From assembly GCA_009914755.4 (NCBI GenBank), contig CP086569.2, positions 29,920,001-29,984,000 of the forward strand: a DNA stretch of 64,000 nt, in the 5' to 3' direction. The first letter of the stretch is position 1. Each line of letters begins with the position of its first letter. The translations under genes were made by a program, and so were the position numbers. This document shows, in pieces, positions 56,654 to 64,000 of the stretch. The stretch comes from the human T2T-CHM13v2.0 reference genome, Homo sapiens. The notes beneath the pieces were generated by a model. It was given only the letters and a program-made list of their open reading frames with translations, searched no databases and had not been told where the DNA came from.

Positions 56654-59600
56654 GGCCTGGAATAAAGTGGAATGCTACGGTCTCGAATGGAATAAAAATG
56701 TATGGAATGGAATGCAATGAATCGGAATCGAATGTCATAGAATGTAATGGAATGCAAAAAAATGGAATCCAAAATCATTGACTGGAAAGGCTGGGTGTCG
56801 AAAGGAATTGACTCCAATGGAATGGATTCGAATGGAATGGAAGTGAATAGAATCGAACTAAATCGAATGGAATGGAATTGATAGGAACGGAATGGAAAGG
56901 AATGCAATGATTTGGCATGGAATGGAATCGAATGGCATCGAATGGAATGGAATGGAATGCAATGGAATGGAATGTATTAGAATGTAATGAACATTAATGG
57001 AATGTACTCGAATGGATTCGACTGGAATGGAATGTTCTGGAAGTGAATGGACTCCAATGGAATGGATTCGAAAGGAATGGAATCGAACGGAATGGAATCT
57101 AATGGAATGGAATTAAATGGAAATGAATCAAATTGAATAGCACGGAATTGAATTGAATGGAATCGAATGCAATGGAATCTAATGAAACGGAAAGGAAAGG
57201 AATGGAATGGAATGGAATGGGATGGAATGGAAAGGAATCGAAACGAATGGAATGGAATTGAACTGAAGAGACTGGAATGGAATGCACTGGAATGGAAGGG
57301 AGTGTAATGGAAGGTTCTCGAAAAAAATGGAATCGAATGGAATGGAATTGAATGGAACGGAATAGAGTCGAATGGAATTGAATGGAATGGAATGGACTAG
57401 AGTGAAATGGAATCGAATCACAAGGAATGGACAGGAATAGAATGGTCTCGAATTGAATGGAATCATATGGAATGGCATCAAACGGAATGGAATGGACAGC
57501 CACGGAATGGAATGCACTCGAATGCAATGGAGTCGAAACTAATGGACTGGAATAGAATGGACTCGACTGGTACGGACTCCAATGGAATGGAATCGAATGG
57601 AAGGGAATCGAACGGAATGGACTCGAAGGGAAAAGACTGCAATGGAAAGGTCTCGAATGGAATGGAAATTAATGGAATGGAATGGAATCGAATGAAATGG
57701 AGTCAAAAGGAATGGAATCGAATGGCAAGAAATCGAATGTAATGGAATCGCAAGGAATTGATGTGAACGGAACGGAATGGAATGGAATCCAAAGGAATGG
57801 AATACAATGGAATGGAATCGAATGGAAAGGACTCGAATGGAAATCACTCGAATAGAATGCAATTTAATAAAATAGGATCAAATGTACTGGAATGGAATGG
57901 AAAGGAATCGAAACGAAAGGAATGGAGACAGATGGAATGGAATGGAACAGAGAGCAATGGTATAGAATGGAATGGAATCATCTGGAATGGAATTGAATGG
58001 AATGGAATAATATGAAATGGAATGGAATGCCCTTGAATTAAATGGACTGGAATGGAATGGACTCGAACAGAGTGGAATGGAAAGTGTTGAGATAGAATGG
58101 AATGGACTCCTTTGGAATGGTCTAGTAGGCAATGCCATCGACTGGCAGGGAATCAAAAGGAATGTAATCGAATGGATTGGACTGGAATGCAATGGACTCG
58201 AATAGATTGGAAACGGAATGCAAAGGAATGGAATGGAATAGTATGGAATGGAATGGAAAGGAATGGAGTGGAATAGACTAGAGTGGAATGGAATGGACTC
58301 GAAAGCAATGAACTGGAATGGAACTTTCTTGAATGGACTGGAATCAAACGGAATGGAATGCAATGCAGTCAAATGGCATGGAATAAAATAGAATGAAAGA
58401 GAATCAAATGGAATTGAATCGAATGGAATCGAATGGATTGGAAAGGAATAGAATGGAATGGAATGGAATTGACTCAAATGGAATGGACTAGAATGGAATG
58501 GATTCGAATGGAAGGCAAAGGAATGGAATCTATTGGAATGGACTGTAATGGAATGGAATGGAAGGGATTAGAATGGACTCGAATGGAATGGACTGCAATA
58601 GAAAGGATTCGAATGGAATGAAAAAGAATTGAATGGAATAGAACAGAATGGAATCAAATCGAATGAAATGGAATGGAATAGAAAGGAATGGAATGAAATG
58701 GAATGGAAAGGATTCGAATGGAATGCAATCGAATGGAATGGAATCGAACGGAATGGAATAAAATGGAAGAAAACTGGCAAGAAATGGAATCGAAATGAAT
58801 GGAGTGTTATGGAACGGACTCAAAAGGAATTGAATGTAATAGAATGGAGTGGAGTGGACTCGAATATAATGGACTGGAATGGAATGAAATCACATGGAAT
58901 GGGAACGAATGGAATGGAATGGAAAGGAATGGAATCGAATGGAAAGGAATCGAATGGAAGGGAATGAAATTGAATCAACAGGAATGGAAGGGAACAGAAT
59001 AGACGGTAATGGAATGGACTCGAATAGAATGGACATGAATGCTCAAATTGAATGGACTCGAATGGAATGGAAACGAAAGGAATGTCATCGAATGGAATTG
59101 AATCGATTGGAAAGAAATCGCATTGAATGGAGTGGAATCAAATGGAATTGAATCGAAAGGAAAGGAAGCGAATGGAATGAAATGAAATGGAATGGAATTG
59201 AATGGAAAGTAATGCAATGGAATAGAATGGAACGAAATTTCACGGAATGGAATCAAACTGAATGGAATCAAATCAATGGAATCTAATCAAATGGAAGGGA
59301 AAGGAATTGAATGGAGTAGATTGGATTGGATGGGATTGAAAAGAAATGTACTGGAAAGGACTCGAATTTCATGAAACGGAATGGAATGAATTGGAACGTA
59401 ATGGACTCGAATGGAATGGAATGTCATGGAATGGCATCAAATGGAATGGCATCAAATGGAATGGAATCGAATGCAATGGAATGCTATGGAATGGAATGGA
59501 ATGCATTGGAATGGAATGTCCTCTAATGGAATGGATTCGAGTGGAATGGAATCGAATATAATGGAGTCGAATGAAGTGGAATTGAAAGGAATGGGATCGA

Positions 59601-60203
59601 ATAGAATGGAATATACTGGAATGTAATGTAATGAACTCGAATGTAATTGACTGGAATGGAATGTACATGAATGGAATGTAATCGAATGGAAAGTAATCCA
59701 ATGGAATAGAATCTAATGCAATAAAATCGACTCAGATAGAGTAGAATGTAATGGAATGGAGTGCAGTGGAAAGGAATGGAATGGAATGGAATGCAATGGA
59801 ATGGTATGGAATGGAATGGAATGGAATGGAATGGAATGGGATGGAATGGTATGGAATGGATAGTAATGGACTGGAGTGAAATGGACTGGAAAGGAATGGA
59901 CGCAAATTGAAAGGGCTCGAAAGGAATGGAGTCAAATGGAATGGTCTGGAATGGAATGAACACGAATGTAATGCAATCCAATAGAATGGAATCGAATGGC
60001 ATGGAATATAAAGAAATGGAATCGAAGAGAATGGAAACAAATGGAATGGAATTGAATGGAATGGAATTGAATGGAATGGGAAAGAATGGAGTGAAATTGT
60101 ATGCAGTAGAAGAGAATAGAATGGAATGCAAGCGAAAGGAAAGGAATGGATTGGAATGGAATGGAATTCATTGAAATGGAAGGGAATGTAGTGTAATGGA
60201 CAG
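56654..60203 (+). repeat. HOR unit U16, 3550 bp, L-like (aatctaatcaaatggaaggg at ~59281). The (GGAAT)n tract before gcccttgaattaaatgg at ~58011–58030 is shortened.
   Basis: Landmark distance 56654→60204. Confidence 0.9.
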
Positions 60204-63200
60204 GCCTGGAATAAAGTGGAATGCTACGATCTCGAATGGAATAAAAATGTATGGAATGGAATGCAATGAAACGGAATCGAATGTCATAGAATGTAATGGA
60301 ATGCAAAAAAATGGAATCCAAAATCATTGACTGGAAAGGCTGGGTGTCGAAAGGAATTGACTCCAATGGAATGGAATCGAATGGAATGGAAGTGAATAGA
60401 ATCGAACTAAATCGAATGGAATGGAATTGATAGGAACGGAATGGAAAGGAATGCAATGATTTGGCATGGAATGGAATCGAATGGCATCGAATGGAATGGA
60501 ATGGAATGCAATACAATGGAATGTATTAGAATGTAATGAAAATTAATGGAATGTACTCGAATGGATTCGACTGGAATGGAATGTTCTGGAAGTGAATGGA
60601 CTCCAATGGAATGGATTCGAAAGGAATGGAATCGAACGGAATGGAATCTAATGGAATGGAATTAAATGGAAATGAATCAAATTGAATAGCACGGAATTGA
60701 ATTGAATGGAATGGAATGCAATGGAATCTAATGAAACGGAAAGGAAAGGAATGGAATGGAATGGAATGGGCTGGAATGGAAAGGAATCGAAACGAATGGA
60801 ATGGAATCGAACTGAAGAGACTGGAATGGAATGCACTGGAATGGAAGGGAGTGTAATGGAAGGTTCTCGAAAAAAATGGAATCGAATGGAATGGAATTGA
60901 ATGGAACGGAATAGAGTCGAATGGAATTGAATGGAATGGAATGGACTAGAGTGAAATGGAATCGAACCACAAGGAATGGACAGGAATAGAATGGTCTCGA
61001 ATTGAATGGAATCGTATGGAATGGCATCAAACGGAATGGAATGGACAGCCACGGAATGGAATGCACTCGAATGCAATGGAGTCGAAACTAATGGACTGGA
61101 ATAGAATGGACTCGACTGGTACGGACTCCAATTGAATGGAATCCAATGGAAGGGAATCGAACGGAATGGACTCGAAGGGAAAAGACTGCAATGGAAAGGT
61201 CTCGAATGGAATGGAAATTAATGGAATGGAATGGAATCGAATGAAATGGAGTCAAAAGGAATGGAATCGAATGGCAAGAAATCGAATGTAATGGAATCGC
61301 AAGGAATTGATGTGAACGGAACGGAATGGAATGGAATCCAAAGGAATGGAATAGAATGGAATGGAATCGAATGGAAAGGACTCGAATGGAAATCACTCGA
61401 ATAGAATGCAATTTAATAAAATAGGATCAAATGTACTGGAATGGAATGGAAAGGAATCGAAACGAAAGGAATGGAGACAGATGGAATGGAATGGAACAGA
61501 GAGCAATGGTATAGAATGGAATGGAATCATCTGGAATGGAATTGAATGGAATGGAATAATATGAAATGGAATGGAATGGAATGGAATGGAATGCCCTTGA
61601 ATTAAATGGACTGGAATGGAATGGACTCGAACAGAGTGGAATGGAAAGTGTTGAGATAGAATGGAATGGACTCCTTCGGAATGGTGTAGTAAGCAATGCA
61701 ATCGACTGGCAGGGAATCAAAAGGAATGTAATCGAATGGATTGGACTGGAATGCAATGGACTCGAATAGATTGGAAACGGAATGCAAAGGAATGGAATGG
61801 AATAGTATGGAATGGAATGGAAAGGAATGGAGTGGAATAGACTAGAGTGGAATGGAATGGACTGGAAAGCAATGGACTGGAATGGAACTTTCTTGAATGG
61901 ACTGGAATCAAACGGAATGGAATGCAATGCAATCAAATGGCATGGAATAAAATAGAATGAAAGAGAATCAAATGGAATTGAATCGAATGGAATCGAATGG
62001 ATTGGAAAGGAATAGAATGGAATGGAATGGAATTGACTCAAATGGAATGGACTAGAATGGAATGGATTCGAATGGAAGGCAAAGGAATGGAATCTATTGG
62101 AATGGACTGTAATGGAATGGAATGGAAGGGATTGGAATGGACTCAAATGGAATGGACTGCAATAGAAAGGATTCGAATGGAATGAAAAAGAATTGAATGG
62201 AATAGAACAGAATGGAATCAAATCGAATGAAATTGAATGGAATAGAAAGGAATGGAATGAAATGGAATGGAAAGGATTCGAATGGAATGCAATTGAATGG
62301 AATGGAATCCAACGGAATGGAATAAAATGGAAGAAAACTGGCAAGAAATGGAATCGAAATGAATGGAGTGTTATGGAATGGACTCAAAAGGAATTGAATG
62401 TAATAGAATGGAGTGGAGTGGACTCGAATATAATGGACTGGAATGGAATGAAATCACACGGAATGGGAACGAATGGAATGGAATGGAAAGGAATGGAATC
62501 GAATGGAAAGGAATCGAATGGAAGGGAATGAAATTGAATCAACAGGAATGGAAGGGAATAGAATAGACGGTAATGGAATGGACTCGAATAGAATGGACAC
62601 GAATGCTCAAATTGAATGGACTCGAATGGAATGGAAACGAAAGGAATGTCATCGAATGGAATTGAATCGATTGGAATGAAATCGCATAGAATGGAGTGGA
62701 ATCAAATGGAATTGAATCGAAAGGAAAGGAAGCGAATGGACTGAAATGAAATGGAATGGAATTGAATGGAAAGTAATGCAATGGAATAGAATGGAACGAA
62801 ATTTCACGGAATGGAATCAAACTGAATGGAATCAAATCAATGCAATCAAATCAAATGGAATGGAAAGGAATTGAATGGAGTAGATTGGATTGGATGGGAT
62901 TGGAATGAAATGTACTGGAAAGGACTCGAATTTCATGAAACGGAATGGAATGAATTGGAACGGAATGGACTCGAATGGAATGGAATGTCATGGAATGGCA
63001 TCAAATGGAATGGCATCAAATGGAATGTAATCGAATGCAATGGAATGTTATGGAATGGAATGGAATGCATTGGAATGGAATGTCCTCTAATGGAATGGAT
63101 TCGAGTGGAATGGAATCGAATATAATGGAGTCGAATGAAATGGAATTGAAAAGAATGGGATCGAATACAATGGAATATACTGGAATGTAATGTAATGAAC

Positions 63201-63761
63201 TCGAATGTAATTGACTGGAATGGAATGTACATGAATGGAATGTAATCGAATGGAAAGTAATCCAATGGAATAGAATCTAATGCAATAAAATCGACTCAGA
63301 TAGAGTAGAATGTAATGGAATGGAGTGCAGTGCAATGGAATGGAATGGAATGGAATGCAATGGAATGGAATGGAATGGAATGGAATGGGATGGAATGGTA
63401 TGGAATGGATAGTAATGGACTGGAGTGAAATGGACTGGAAAGGAATGGACTCAAATTGAAAGGGCTCGAAAGGAATGGAGACAAATGAAATGGTCTGGAA
63501 TGGAATGAACACGAATGTAATGCAATCCAATAGAATGGAGTCGAATGGCAGGGAATATAAAGAAATGGAATCGAAGAGAATGTAAACAAATGGAATGGAA
63601 TTGAATGGAATGGAATTGAATGGAATGGGAACGAATGGAGTGAAATTGTATGCAGTAGAAGAGAATAGAATGGAATGCAAGCGAAAGGAAAGGAATGGAT
63701 TGGAATGGAATGGAATTCATTGGAATGGAAGGGAATGTAGTGTAATGGACAGGCCTGGAAT
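60204..63761 (+). repeat. HOR unit U17, 3558 bp. It reverts to Q-type (tgcaatcaaatcaaatgg at ~62840).
   Basis: Landmark distance 60204→63762. ORF 62826.. begins MESNQCNQIKWNG. Confidence 0.9.
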
Positions 63762-64000
63762 AAAGTGGAATGCTACGGTCTCGAATGGAATAAAAATGTA
63801 TGGAATGGAATGCAATGAAACGGAATCGAATGTCATAGAATGTAATGGAATGCAAAAAAATGGAATCCAAAATCATTGACTGGAAAGGCTGGGTGTCGAA
63901 AGGAATTGACTCCAATGGAATGGAATCGAATGGAATGGAAGTGAATAGAATCGAACTAAATCGAATGGAATGGAATTGATAGGAACGGAATGGAAAGGAA
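63762..64000 (+). repeat. HOR unit U18, partial and truncated by the window end.
   Basis: Begins at the 18th copy of the landmark. Confidence 0.85.

Larger units (their letters stand above)
1..64000 (+). repeat. HSat3-type pentameric satellite array. (GGAAT)n lies on the + strand and (ATTCC)n on the - strand, arranged as a tandem higher-order repeat of ~3.55 kb. About 18 copies are present, and the array continues past both window edges.
   Basis: Seen in sequence: the whole window is ggaat/gaatg pentamers with degenerate variants such as gcaat, gaatc, gaaag and gactc. The + strand is almost entirely purine. The landmark gacaggcctggaataaagtggaatgctacggtctcg recurs with ggcc at 3044, 6617, 10154, 13268, 16852, 20414, 23967, 27518, 31067, 35508, 39030, 42554, 46064, 49577, 53110, 56654, 60204 and 63762. 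The identical ORF translations recurring with the same spacing confirm the periodicity. Confidence 0.95.

Noticed and set aside
1-64000. Hundreds of ORFs on both strands (e.g. 14492..15409 - strand 305 aa, 43863..44675 - strand 270 aa, 2781..3170 + strand 129 aa) suggesting protein-coding genes.
   Set aside because: All the translations are low-complexity pentamer-periodic peptides, MEWNG/MESNG on + and IPFHS/IPFDS on -. GGAAT and ATTCC have no stop codons in any frame, so ORF length reflects only where point mutations happen to create stops. Overlapping ORFs occupy every frame at once, and the same 'proteins' recur every 3.5 kb. None of them has a credible start context or domain-like composition.
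1-64000. The window might contain a hidden prokaryotic or defence system, such as a CRISPR array or toxin–antitoxin cassette, as the task prompt suggests.
   Set aside because: There is no repeat–spacer architecture (the repeats are 5 bp nested in a 3.5-kb HOR, with no unique spacers). There are no unique genes, promoters or terminators. The composition and organisation are those of eukaryotic pericentromeric or heterochromatic satellite, so nothing supports a gene system.
1-64000. Alpha-satellite or centromeric HOR.
   Set aside because: There is no 171-bp monomer periodicity and no CENP-B-box-like 17-mer. The basic repeat is the GGAAT pentamer.
1-64000. HSat2 rather than HSat3.
   Set aside because: Long stretches are perfect or near-perfect (GGAAT)n, not the more diverged 23–26-bp HSat2 derivative, and the ~3.5-kb HOR is more typical of described HSat3 arrays (DYZ1). 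Many ggaatcgaatgg motifs are present, however, so subfamily assignment remains tentative without k-mer classification.

Overview
The whole 64-kb window is a single tandem satellite array of the human satellite III (HSat3) type. The + strand is (GGAAT)n-derived and purine-rich; the - strand is (ATTCC)n-derived. I see no genes, tRNAs or rRNAs, no transposon or other non-satellite insertions, and no CRISPR or prokaryotic features. The pentamers are organised into a higher-order repeat (HOR) of about 3.51–3.58 kb. A 36-bp landmark (gacaggcctggaataaagtggaatgctacggtctcg) recurs 18 times, giving 17 complete units plus two partial ones. Because the array is pentamer-based with a ~3.55-kb HOR, my best guess is the Y-chromosome DYZ1 block on Yq12, whose published unit is ~3.56 kb. 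That assignment rests on pattern and period only, since no alignment was possible here. Every ORF in the supplied six-frame track is a translation artefact. GGAAT and ATTCC contain no stop codon in any frame, so + strand frames read MEWNG... and - strand frames read IPFHS..., and they end only where point mutations create stops. The informative signal is structural variation inside the array. One unit carries a ~430-bp deletion and one carries an ~880-bp internal tandem duplication. Two adjacent units are near-identical, which points to a recent duplication. Runs of neighbouring units share diagnostic variants, consistent with local homogenisation. Pure (GGAAT)n tracts at fixed HOR positions vary in length between units. 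I found no evidence of a novel gene system; this is structural heterochromatic satellite DNA.
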